From Octopus bimaculoides (lineage: Eukaryota): a stretch of DNA of 64,000 bases. A program made the position numbers and the translations under genes. Positions 23,545-35,754 of the stretch are shown here, one piece after another. Below the pieces are notes generated by a model. The model was given only the letters and a program-made list of their open reading frames with translations. It searched no databases and was not told the origin of the DNA. Each line of letters starts with the position of its first letter. Position 1 is the stretch's first letter. Where the stretch lies: NCBI RefSeq assembly GCF_001194135.2, contig NC_068994.1:17916558-17980557 (forward strand), read 5' to 3'.

Positions 23545-24730
23545 GCACAAAGCCTGAAATCTGGGAGGGTAAGAAGACTAGTTGATTACATCGACCCCAG
23601 TGCTTAACTGGTACTTATTTCATTAGCTCTGAAAGGATGAAAGGCAAAGTCAACCTTGGTGGAATTTGAACTTAGAATGTAAAGACATACAAAATGCTTA
23701 GCAGTGTTTTGTCTGGTGTGCTGACGATCCTGCCAACTCAATAACAACAGCAACAATAATGATAACAACAACAATAACATTTTCAAATTTTGGCACAAGG
23801 CCCGCATATTAGGGCAAGTGTAAATAGATTGCATTGACCCTAGTTTTCAACTGGAACTTATTTTATCAACCTGAAAGGATGTTAGGCAAAGTTAACTTTG
23901 ATGGGATCTGAACTCCTAATTTAAAGAACCAGAAGAACTTCTGCAAAGCATTTTGTCTTGCTAACAATTCTCCAGCTCACTGCCTTAATAGTAATGGCCT
24001 GAAATTTTAGAGGATGGGGTAAGTTAATTACATCAACCCTAGTACTTGACTGCTACTTATTTTACCAATCCCAAAGGGATGAAAGGCAGAGTTGACCTTG
24101 GCGAAATTTGAACTCAAAATGTAGAGTCAGAAGAAATGCTGCTAAATTTCGTCTGGCATGGTAACATTTCTGCCAGCTTGCTGCCAGGCAGTGGCTCTCA
24201 TGGCTTCTGATCTTAATTGATTGGAAGTGTCATCATGTACATTGTTTTGTCTTGGTATAAAAGATGGGCTACAGCAAATATTCTGCTTAATACCACAGAT
24301 TTGCTTGTCAGTTGCTTGACCTTAACCAGTTGAGCATGTCCCTTGGTGGCTGACGATATGTGCATCTCTGATCATGAGCAGAAGTAGTGGGGGAGCATCA
24401 TAGCCATGTGTTGAGAGGAATTCTTAGGGGTTTGAATAATTCACCTTTGGAAACATGGGTGTTTTGCTCAACATCCTTAAACAAATCTTATTCAGGGACT
24501 TTTTGAGCGGAATGGGCTATTCAACCTGAAGAAAATTCTAACTGGGTCCCACTTGCGAGGTCATGTGCTGTTTATCTTGATATGAGATCACCATGTTGCA
24601 CACATATGGTTGTGATGCATGTGCCTGGTGTACCCTTATCAGATGGGTAGTCATGATGGGTATATTGAGCTTCATATATTTTACCCTAGTGTCACTTTGA
24701 GGGCATGCACTGCTCTCTCACTCAATAATA

Positions 24731-24809
<79 letters not shown>

Positions 24810-25480
24810 CAAATTTTGACATAAGGCCAAGGGAGGAGGTAAATTGACACAAGGGAGGGGGTAAGTCGACTGCACCGACTTCAGTACTCAATTGATACTT
24901 ATTTTATCAACCCCAAAAAGGATGAAAGGCAAAGTCAACCTTGGTGGAATTTGAATCCAGAATGTGAAGATGGACGAAATGCTGCTAAGCATTTCATCTG
25001 GCATGCTAACAAGTTTGCCAGCTCACCACCCTAATGATGATAATGATAATGATGATGGTAATGACGATGATGAAGATAGTAATCATGATTATTTCTAATT
25101 TAGGTACAAGGCCAGCAGTTTGAAGAGAAGAGCTAGTTGATATTATTGATACCAGTATATTTGAATGGTACTGAAAGGGTAACAAGCAAAGTTGGTTTTG
25201 GCAGCATTTGAACTCAGAATATAAAGATTCAGAACAAATAATCCAAAACGTTTTTTCTAATGCTCCACCGATTCTGCCAGTCATTTGGCCCTAAATGGTT
25301 TCTGATTTATGCACAAAACCAGCAATTTTCAGGAGAGTGGTTGATCAATACCGCACTTCGTTGGTACCTTATTTTATCAACCCCAGGAGGGATGAAAAGC
25401 AAAGATAAACTTGATAGGATATGAACTCAGAATGTAAAGAACAATACTGAAAGCCGATTTCTCTGACAATCTAGCACAAG
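23545..25480 (-). mobile_element. Cluster of tRNA-derived SINE family A copies
   Basis: About six copies of ..cccag..ggtacttattttatc.acccc.aaaggatgaaaggcaaagtcaacctt.gtggaatttgaactc.., all minus strand and separated by (AAT)n. Probably one of the octopus OR/OK-type SINEs. Confidence 0.8.
24191..24723. repeat. Unclassified interspersed repeat (about 530 bp)
   Basis: Partial second copy at about 21990-22170 (accacagatttgcttgt..gtggctgac.atatgtgcatctctgatca). No recognisable protein motif. Confidence 0.6.
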
Positions 25481-26199
25481 AGCACAAATATTGGAGGAAG
25501 AGATACCCAGTTGATCAAAAGGATCTCTGAATTACATTTGAATTTAATTTTTTATTGGCAGGGTTTGAGCGAAGTAATTAGTGAAGGGAGATAATAAATA
25601 CAACAAAACTTGCCAGTTGTTCATTTGATTCTGCTATCCATGGTAATAATTTCTGACTTATTTTACTCGTCTTAGAAAGATGAAATGCATGGATGGCATT
25701 TGAATTCAGAACGTAGCTAAGTACTGCATGGCACTTTGTCTGTTGCACTGCTGATTCTTCCATCCACAACTATGATTCCAAACTTTAGTGAAATTATTGT
25801 ATTTCAGGATGGTCTATTTTTTCTCTTTTTCCCAAATAAACACACACACTATATATTTGTTCTTCACTCGTTTATTACTGTTCTTATTTTAACTCATGTC
25901 CCTTGTCTGGAAATCTTTCATCACACATCTGTGACCTCTTCAGCAACACTTTCCGGTCTCGTGTGTTCCTGCTCCACTTAGTCTATTCTGTTCTTCTATA
26001 TCATTTAGTGAAATTGTTTTACTAAAATTTAATCCACTGAATTGATCCCTCAGTATGTTACTATTTTCCTGATACTGACATGGCTTGGATTTATAATGTA
26101 TAACAAAAACACTAAAAGACATTTAGCATAGTGCTTACCATTTCTGCCACTCCACTAGCATCCATCGGCTTTATCTTTTTAATTGACAATGTTAAACGA

Positions 26200-26650
26200 A
26201 GAGTGTAGCTTGGGTAGACAGTAAATATAGAGGGTGATGTGGGCAGAAGGTCAATACAGAGTAGTGTATTTTGGTTGTAAAATAAATATAGTGGTGTGGA
26301 CAGATGGTAAACTTAGTGTAGTTTGGTTAGAAGGTAAACAGAGTAACATGGGCAAAAAAATTAATAGAGAGTGTAGTCTGGCAACTATGAAGTGTACCTT
26401 GGACTGAAGGTAAATATAGAGGGTGATATGGGCAGAAGGTTAATATAGAGTGTAGCTTGGTTAAAAAGTAAATATATAGAGTGATGTGGGCAGATGGCAA
26501 ACATAGAGCAGCTTGGATAGAAGGTAAATATAGAAAGTTTAAAACAGAGTGTAGCATGGGTAGAAGGTAAATATAGAGAGCAGTATGGGTAGAAAGTCAA
26601 TGCAGAATATAGTGTGGGTAGAAGATATACACAGCGTGTTAATTGGGCAG
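26200..26650. repeat. Degenerate minisatellite, about 29-bp unit
   Basis: About 15 copies of agagtgtagcttgggtagaaggtaaatat. Confidence 0.8.
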
Positions 26651-26979
26651 AAGCTGGGCTATAAGAGTGCAGACATCAGAATAATCTAAGTCAGGTCTAC
26701 TTTGATAGATTTATAGCATAGAGAAAACCATTTGATTCAAAACCATACTTCAATCTGTTGTGAAAACTACATTGCACACTCTGTCATGAAGTAGTGATTT
26801 CAGAAGTCAAACATCTTACATTGCTGCTTTACCTATCTATCATCATCATCAGCATTTAATGTCTGTTTTCCATACTGGCATGGGTTGGAAGGTTTGACTA
26901 GTTATAGATGCTCTATAACTATGCATTCATATTTTTAAGAGTAAAAGGACTGCAGGGTAACAAACAGTAATGTACTATA

Positions 26980-27177
26980 CAGTAATCTCTCACCCTATTG
27001 TGGTTCACCAATCGCGGTTTATTATTTAAGGTTACATTGCTTGCTCTGTGGTGTTTTGCATTTATATTAAAATAAATATATACAAATTATGAAAATAATA
27101 AAAAAAATATACAGTACAGTACTGTTTCTACTTCCCAGATTTTCACCTATCGCAGTGGGTTTTGGAATGGGTTACTG
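26980..27177. mobile_element. Tigger/pogo-type MITE
   Basis: TA|cagtaatc ... ggttactg|TA. Confidence 0.55.
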
Positions 27178-27424
27178 TACTTGAAATTTATAATGGTATT
27201 TACTAGCATCCTTTAACATTCTGAGTTCAAATTTGACTGAGAACAATTTTGCTTTTCATCATTGTTAGTTTATCAAAGAAATACTAAATTGATAACAAAT
27301 TTCCATCAAATATTTGTGACTTTACAGCAATGTCCAAAATCAATATTTTAATACATAAGCTTGAGTAAATCAACTTTGTTTTCAATAAAAAACAATCAAA
27401 TTCAGAATATATTTGCCAACTTAC

Positions 27425-27520
27425 ATCGCAGTCATATTGAATAATACTTTTATCAAGGCAATGTTTTAACCATTCAACATCTCCTTGGGCTGCTGCGATG
27501 AACTGGTCATCAAGTAACAT
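27425..27520 (-). CDS. ANKRD53: ANKRD53-like first recognisable coding exon
   Basis: ATG at 27520, donor GAT|gtaagt: MLLDDQFIAAAQGDVEWLKHCLDKSIIQYDCD, similar to recalled ELFAAAVGNVEWLRFCL. The exon acceptor is at 27559-27560, so an upstream exon exists. Confidence 0.85.
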
Positions 27521-27895
27521 TTTGCTGTCATGTTCTATATAGAGTAGTCCATGATTATCTAAAATGAAAATTAAAAGAAAATATCTAATCAAAGAGGATA
27601 TAGTTTTTTATTCAATAATTCTTTTACTTATTTTAGTTATTAGATTGTGGATATGTTGAAGCATCACCTTGAAAAGTTCAGTTGATCAAATCAGCCCCAT
27701 AGCTTACATTAAACTTGGTACCGTTCTATTGATCTCTTTTTGACAAACTGCTAGGTTACAGAACATGAATTAACCAACACTGGTTGTCAAGCAAATACAA
27801 AAATGCACCCCCACCCAGAAACTTCCCCATATTCTAGAATAACCTAAAACAAACTGAAGAACCATATACACAGACACACACATTGTACTATATTT

Positions 27896-27933
<38 letters not shown>

Positions 27934-29231
27934 ACACTACCCTACACCACTAGTGTCTTCTAGCAGAGAGCATTATATCCGGATGAATTAACATCAAAAC
28001 CAAATGCCTTCTTAGGAAAGATTTAATTCATAACATCCCCCTTACCAGTTCCAATGGTTCTACTTCTTGCAGGAAGATGGCAACCTTCTTTGATTAAAAT
28101 TTATTGTGTAATAGAGAATGTGTTCACATTTACCTTCGGATGTCAGTCAACATAAGGGAGCTGGTGAATGGTTTCATGGCTACTGCCATATGCAGCTGAA
28201 CCCTATGGAATAAAAAAAAAAAAAAAAAATACATATCAAGATAACATTTAAAATAATGTGGATTATGTGAAGATTCAAATAAGACATTCAAAGCACAGAA
28301 ATCACATATATTTTCAGGTTGTATCAGTAGGCTTACCACATGTCCTGGTTTGGTTGAGATAGTCTTCATTTGAAGAATCTTTCATAGTGTCTTGATTAGA
28401 AAATTTGTCCAGTTTGACACTGATATGTCCCAGAATATGCTGGTATGGATCAAATACTTAAATTCTAAGGAAATCTAAAAATGTTGAAACCGAGGTGTTC
28501 TAACCCTGCAATGCTCAACTCAGATCCAAACTAATGAACATACTCATATTATAGCTCTGTCTCAGCCTAGCACTGCATGTTTTTTCTAGAGATCCAGTGG
28601 GGACATGATGTTCTTATGTCATAAAAACACTCAAATCACAAGAAGGCACATATTGTAGTTTAAAGATATTTTGCTTATTCCTGGATTTAGGGATTAAAAA
28701 TGACTTTTTCCCTAGGATTCAGAAAATATTTTTTTAATTAATGAAAGTTTATAGTTTTTCTATCTCACTTCCTGTTTGAAGTTTATTATAAGAGAGAAAA
28801 ACTTTCACATTGCACAAAAAAAAAAAAAAAAAAAAGTCACAAAAGTCTCCTTATAAACACCTATACCTATGAAACCTACAGCTTGAAGGTTGTTCTGGTT
28901 TGACACCAATTGAAGGTTTGAGTCTAAGAAATTACGAGAAGCCTAATTATTGGTTCATTGTTCTTTTGACGCTACATCTCATTACACTAGCAGATAGACA
29001 ATAACATTTTTTTTTGCTTTTGGTACACACAGCAGAAAGCCATAGCTTCCTATTTTGCATCTTCTGGAAATCTGAAGCTTCATATGCACTGTTACAAAAA
29101 AACCTTATAATTCTGAACGAAGGTGCTCTACGTGGTTGCTTGACCAGGTAGAATCGCAGCCAATTGTATCTTAAATCACACCCTATTATCTTAAAAAGGA
29201 AAAAGACATATTGTACAATGTAGGGCATACT

Positions 29232-29582
29232 TACAAAAGTGTACCCTACTGGCTTCGATTCCTCATAGCTTTCAGAAAAATGTGTATTTTTTAATGAAAA
29301 TTTTCACAAATTCTCTACAGAAAGTGCAGATTTGATTATGAATATGTCGGAATTTAATGTGAAAAAAAATAGCAAACAACAACAAAAAAATCAAAATGGT
29401 AGGCTTGCCCACATACATGTGTATCAGTAAGTGTTCGCATCCACTAATTTTTTTCCCCCCATTTAATTCCGATATAATCGTAATTTATACCATCTGAAAG
29501 AAATTTCATTAAAAAATAAAATATCAATTTTTCTGAACATTATGAGGAAATAAAGTCGAGTGGGGGGGGAGACACTTGTGTA
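29232..29582. mobile_element. TA-flanked MITE with long imperfect TIRs
   Basis: tacaaaagtgt..ttcctcatagctttcagaaaaa pairs with tttttctgaacattatgaggaa..acacttgtgta. Confidence 0.5.
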
Positions 29583-29718
29583 GGTATGTCCAATATAAAC
29601 TTTGATATATACAAGAGATATGGTCATGGCTAGAATGCCTCTGATCAGCGCTGACTTTGGGTTAAACTTCCTACCTAAGATTGATTTAATGATTTTTTTA
29701 ATTAATTGTTGTCTAGGA

Positions 29719-29822
29719 CAGTGGTTCCCAGCCTGTGGTCCGTAAAGTTAGTACTGGGGTTCCGTGGGAAAACTCATTTGAATAAACGGGGTCCTTGGTA
29801 GTGAAAAAGTTGGGAACCACTG
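29719..29822. mobile_element. hAT MITE
   Basis: TIR cagtggttccca / tgggaaccactg with a perfect 8-bp TSD gtctagga on both sides. Confidence 0.9.
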
Positions 29823-29899
29823 GTCTAGGAAGTAAATAAATTCGGAGAAAGGAAAAGCGAATGTTTATAAATATTCTTATTTATATAATATTTTGCTTT

Positions 29900-31300
29900 A
29901 TTAATGCTTTTTAGATTAAAATAAACAGCATCGAACAAAGAGATAAATAGATCTGCCACATTTAACGACGAAGCAGGTGTCTTGAACAAATGGACATCGC
30001 ATTGGTTTCGATAACGAGTATACTAGTCGTTCAATCAATAGAATACCCACTCACTGAATTTAAAAAAAAAAGAAAGAAAAGAAAAACAGGTGTAAGTGGC
30101 TGAATTTTCCACAGACGCATTCGAACACTCAACGCCATCCACAAATTCAGTGTGACAAAGCTAGGCATCTATTACAACTCGAGTGCATCAGACGGTCTTC
30201 TATTGTTTCTGTCTACCCTATTTCACTGACAAGACTGGGATCGGACCCAGGTAATTGTGCACTATAACATACACAAATATTTAAAACTTTCTTGTTTGAT
30301 TCATTTTTTATTTCTTCACTTATTTTATTGCCAGGAAGCGAACGGACTTTATGAAAATAACAAAATATGTAAAAATATAAATACTCGAATTTTCTGAAAG
30401 AAATTCATATACATTAGATCGATTTATAATACTTGCCGAAAGTTTACGCTTGTTCATATCTACAATATAACATATTCATGCAACGAAAAGTTCTCCATAA
30501 ATCACCATTGCCACGCACGTTGCCATAGTAACGTTAGCAATACCCACAATTCAAATGCAATCTTCATAAGGATCTGTGACGGTAATTCAACGCACACTCA
30601 TTGTTATTTACATATTTTACACAATATATAAAATGTTTGTTTATTCATATATACATATTTGGAAAATTTTTTTAATTTTCGAATAGAAAACACAAACACA
30701 CAACACGTACAGGTACATGTATTTGTGCGTGTCTGCATGTTTGTTTAAATATGCGCTACCTAAACTGTATGTGTTCTTTCGTTAAGAGCAGTCCTCTGAT
30801 CGAAGGTGTTCCAGGTACAACCAGCCTATCTTATTTTCAGACACTGTACATCTAGGAAACAGTATCCAACGTGTCCTTCTCTTTTAAAGACAGTTTTGTA
30901 AGTAATGTAATATGACTGCTATTTCGAGAAGCTAAATGACTGTATACCCCACGACGGGTTATACCTTCAGTGCTTTTTCCTCATTCTGTCAGTATCCTTC
31001 CGTTTTAGAATACTGACTTTGACATTTTTTATGTAAATTATGTTATTTCAATTTAAAATTTCGGGACACTCCTAAAAATAGTGTACGATACTGTAGGATA
31101 TTGCGACACTCCGGTTGGAAATTACTGGAAACTAGTGGTTTCTAACTCGGTTGGTGGGCGTGATTTTCAAACATTGGCGTAGTGCGGGGATTATAACAAG
31201 ACCTTCGGTGTGTAACTATATTTGGTGATGTGTCCCTTGACTTTTATCGACTAATATTTTTCAAGAGAATGAAATATAGGTAAACTTTAGTGAAAATCGT
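29900..31300. promoter_or_regulatory. CpG-enriched putative bidirectional promoter region
   Basis: Visibly higher CG dinucleotide density than the surrounding introns (judged by eye). Located between ANKRD53-like (-) and ENO4-like (+). Confidence 0.55.
30519..30532. promoter_or_regulatory. RFX X-box
   Basis: GTTGCCATAGTAAC fits GTNRCC(N0-3)RGYAAC exactly. Lies in a CpG-enriched stretch between the 5' ends of two divergent genes. Confidence 0.7.
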
Positions 31301-34102
31301 GGGGGTGAAAGGATCAAATAATATCCATCTTTGTAGTAAGTGATACACCCTCCAGTGTAACAGACACAAGAACCTTTCCTATGATGGCTTCCATGGTTCA
31401 TCACACAAATGTATAGTGATTATTCCTTGTTCAACCCAACTGTCATAGGAAATCAGTAGTTCTTGTTATTTGCTTCTGATAGTCATCGACAGACAGTTTC
31501 TCCTGTTATAGACATCCTAGTTTGGTATCTGTTTACCTCAGAAACAATCACCAACTTCTACTTTGTTCACCTCAGTTTATTTTGTGTGTGTGTGAAGAGA
31601 TTTTGCTCTATTTTATGTTTTTATTTTTAGTTAGGCTTGTGCTTCAGTAGAAACGTCCACTGGTGCACACAGCTTATCGGCCAGAGACAACCATGGATAC
31701 AACTATAATCATATGATATTTTGTGAACATAATAAATAACTTAATTATTACCTCATCAACACCTGAGTAGAAATAATAAGGTTCAGTCTAATCAATAAGA
31801 GATTTATGATAGAAGGATATATGCTATTTCAGGATGCATTCCTTCAAACATTAGCTTCTAATTTGCTGCAATGGTTTTTATCTATTTAATTTCAGCTGTA
31901 TAATCCCCTAGCCTATCCTTTAACTGGGATCATCAGTACAGTATTGCCTTGACATAGCCAAGAATTCACAGCTATCCTTTTGCCTCTTGAAGAAATAGAT
32001 CGTCTTTTCCATAATGGCATGTTAATTTTGGAAAATTGTTGATTGAATTAATCTCTCCTTCTCATTTATCAAAAATGTTGAAAGTAAACTGTGTTCAGCG
32101 TGAGAAATTATACCAGTATACGAAGTTTCAAACTGTTTAGTTAAAAAAATAATTTAAAAATCTGAACCAAAAAACTGAAGAGATCCTCAGTGGATTGCCA
32201 TGAGATATTTGTTTATCTACTCAAGGTTAAGATAATTTAGATAACTGAAGAATTTATCTTGTATGGTATTTAGTATGTCTTTCTTTGTGTTTGCTATTGA
32301 AATACATTCCGCTGACCACTCTGGTTATATATAATCATCATAATCAACATTTAACATTCGTTTTCTGTGCTGGCATGGGTTGGATGGCTTGGCTTGACAT
32401 GAACTGCTAAAGCCAGGGGCCACACTGGGTTCCATAATCTGTTTTGGATTGGTTTCTACAACCGGCTCCCCTTCCTAATGCCATCCACTCCACAGAGTGT
32501 ACTGGATGCTTTTAATGTGACACCAGCACACACACCAATGCTTTTTATGTGGCACCTTGATTTTAGAATCTCAACTTTTTTGTAGTGGCTGGGTCTTTTC
32601 AAGTACAGCAATGCACCACATATTTTGGCCCTCTGTTATCTCCTTCGTAAAGTTCAATGTTTTGGGATTGGCCTTCAATACCTCCCATGTCTTCCTGGGT
32701 CTCGCTTTTCCACAACTTCCCTCCACTTTAAGTGATTGAAACTTCTTTATGCAACTGTCCTCAAATCATGATCAAACCAATGTGTTTGTTAATCTGAGGT
32801 TTTCTCCATTTTCTGATTATTTGCATTATATATATATATATATATATNNNNNNNNNNNNNNNNNNNNNNNNNNNNNNNNNNNNNNNNNNNNNNNNNNNNN
32901 NNNNNNNNNNNNNNNNNNNNNNNNNNNNNNNNNNNNNNNNNNNNNNNNNNNNNNTGTGTGTGTGTGTGCGTCTGTGTGTGTGTGTGTGTGTAAATAAACT
33001 TTTACAAGGAAGAGGTTGACACTGACTTCAAAGTTTCATCTTGCTTGCCTTCATCAGACAGTCTGGTGAAGGTGAGCAAACTTGGCATAAAAACAAACTG
33101 TGTGACTGTGAAGGAGAGTGAGAGTGGAAGTGTGTGTGCTTTAAATTCATTTTGAAATGTTCAGCTTTCTAGTGAGATGGGTTTTGAAAATACTCAAAGT
33201 ACAAAACAAATTATTCAAACGGTTAATAAATCAGTATGTTTGTGTGATTGTATGTGTATATCTTCCTTCTTTTTTCTCCTTTTCCTTCTTCCTCTTCCTC
33301 TCTTCCCTCCTTCTATTACTCTCTTCCCTCCTTCTATTACTCTCTTCCCTCCTCCTATTACTCTCTTCCCTTCACTTCCTTTTCCTCCTACTCCTCCCCT
33401 CTTTTCTCTTCCTTGTCCTAGATTCTCCTGCTTTCCCCTGTTTCCCCTCTCCTTTCTCCACACTTCTTCCACCCCTCCCTCCCACTGCTCTTCTTCTCCC
33501 ACCTCTCCCTCCCATCCTAGATGGATTAGAGGACCATATCTCACTTTCACCTTTCATGTCTGATTTGGTTTCTATAATCGGATGCCCTTACTATCACCAA
33601 ATGCCTTGCAGAGTGTACTGGGTGCATTTTATCAAAGCACTGACACTAGAAAGGTTGTTATATCCTTGACAAAACTAAAGATACCTCTCAATCCCAAGTT
33701 GTCTGTATATACACCTATATGAAGTTCTTATATATGTACATGTGTGTATGTGTAAGTGTGTGTGTGTTTGTGTGTGTGTATGTTTTTGATATATACAATG
33801 TGTACGTTGAAATGTTTGTATGTGAGTATACACATGCATGCACGCATTTATGAACTTTTTCAATCTATCAAGAGCAAATCTAGTTAGCTACTAACCACAC
33901 CACCACCACCACCACCAAGAAAATACCAACAAGAAACTTCATCTGCTATTTCCCTGACATTTACTCTTTGTTTACCAATTCACGATCTTCTTGTAGGAAC
34001 AACAAAAATATCTTGTTGCAGGTGTTACAGCTTAGAATATATCTCGAAAGATAATATGAACAGAAACCATAGTTTCACTGCCAACTCTTGATATCCATAC
34101 AA

Positions 34103-34244
<142 letters not shown>

Positions 34245-34619
34245 GTGATGTATGGTCTTTCAGTCTTGTTTTTCAAATTTCTCTTATATAAAGAAAAAGC
34301 CAGACTTTAATTCAGAAATGAGGCTCTTTCATTGACGAGGTAGTCATGTTTGTATTTATATATATTTGTATATATGTAACCGTACATGATTATATGTGGT
34401 TTCATGCATGTGTGTCATTGCATCTGGAAATCTGGATGTTTTTCTTATGTATGTGTGCATGTGCGTTTGTTTGCATGTTTGTATATGTGAACATAGTACA
34501 GACTAAAATGTTGAGGGGTTATGGACCAGATCTATGGCTGGTGCAAGGTTCCTACTTGACAGAAAGTGACATAGTAGCGGACTAGTATTGTAGCTAGATC
34601 TGTGAAACATAAGCAATAA

Positions 34620-35420
34620 GCTTGAAAAAAAAAAAGCAATAAGAAAGGAGGCATCAGAGATCAGTATCAAGTAGTTAGAAGAGAAGCTAGGCATCAAGTA
34701 TACATAAAAAGGGCAGAAGCAGAAGGTGAAAGGCTTACATATGTTCTGCAACATAAATATCAGAGAGGTGAGAGATTCTGGATTGCAAGACAGAGTATGA
34801 GAGATATTTGAGACTAAGTTGGAAAGAAGTGTCTTTGGAATAATCATGACACACTTTCTTTTACTGGCACTAATAAGAAAGAGGTATAGAAGTGATATGA
34901 GAAAGAAAATAGACTCCATCAAATGCCAGTGGGGGATACCTAAAAGTAGTTGATAGTTTCTGTTACCTAGGTGACCAAATCAGCAGTGGAGGTGGATGCT
35001 CTGAGAGCGTAGCTGCTAGAATAAGAATAGACTGGGCAAAGTTCAGAGAGCTTCTACCTCTGTTGGTAATAAAGAGCCTCTTCCTCAGAATGAAAGGCAG
35101 ACTGTTTGTAAAACATGGGCTGTGACTGCAGAGGTCATGCAAAGGCTTTTAAGAAATGAAGCTAGTGTGCTTTGCAGGATGTGCATGTGTGACAGCGTGT
35201 CTTGAGAGAAAAGCTAGGCTCAAGAGGCATCAGATGTAGTGTGCAAGAGAGACAAATGTGCTGGTATGGTCATGTGATGCATATGGATGAAGATAGCTAT
35301 GTAAAGAAGTGCAGATCTCTAACTATGGAGGGAACTTGTGGAAGAGGTAGACTCAGGAAGATATGGGACAAAGTAGTGAAGCATGTTGGGCCCCATGGAG
35401 GCGATGACAACTGATGATAT
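34620..35420 (+). mobile_element. RTE LINE remnant with internal deletion
   Basis: YQVVRREARHQVY.. linker, then VVDSFCYLGDQISSGGGCSESVAARIRI and WYGHVMHMDEDS..GRGRLRKIWD. Confidence 0.85.
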
Positions 35421-35488
35421 GCTGTACTTGAGGAGACTCATCGAGCCTGTGAAACCGTAGTCGTGGCTGGTGCCAGTGTCATATAAAT

Positions 35489-35754
35489 CAGTGCTTCTCA
35501 AACTATTGATGTGGCACATTGGCAGTTTTTTTTCCAATGTGCTAAGGACCAGTAATATTTCTTAGTAATATTAATTCATACCAGAAACAATATATATAAT
35601 GAATATAATAAAAGTTGACAATTTTTAAAATCTTATATTTATTTTGTAAACAAATAATACAATATTACATAAGCATTTTATAATGTTTCTTTCTTTTCTG
35701 GAAACTGGCTGCGTACTGGCACTGGTCTGCGGACCACCACTTTGAATAGCACTG
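35489..35754. mobile_element. hAT MITE
   Basis: TIR cagtgcttctcaaa / tttgaatagcactg with 8-bp TSD atataaat / atgtaaat. Confidence 0.8.

Noticed and set aside
23545-25480. CRISPR-like array
   Set aside because: Eukaryotic SINE copies of about 200 bp with no constant repeat-spacer period and no cas genes.
33157-33669. 170-aa Leu/Pro-rich ORF and overlapping ORFs
   Set aside because: Polypyrimidine tract with a 21-bp tandem repeat (ctcttccctccttctattact) running into an RTE tail.
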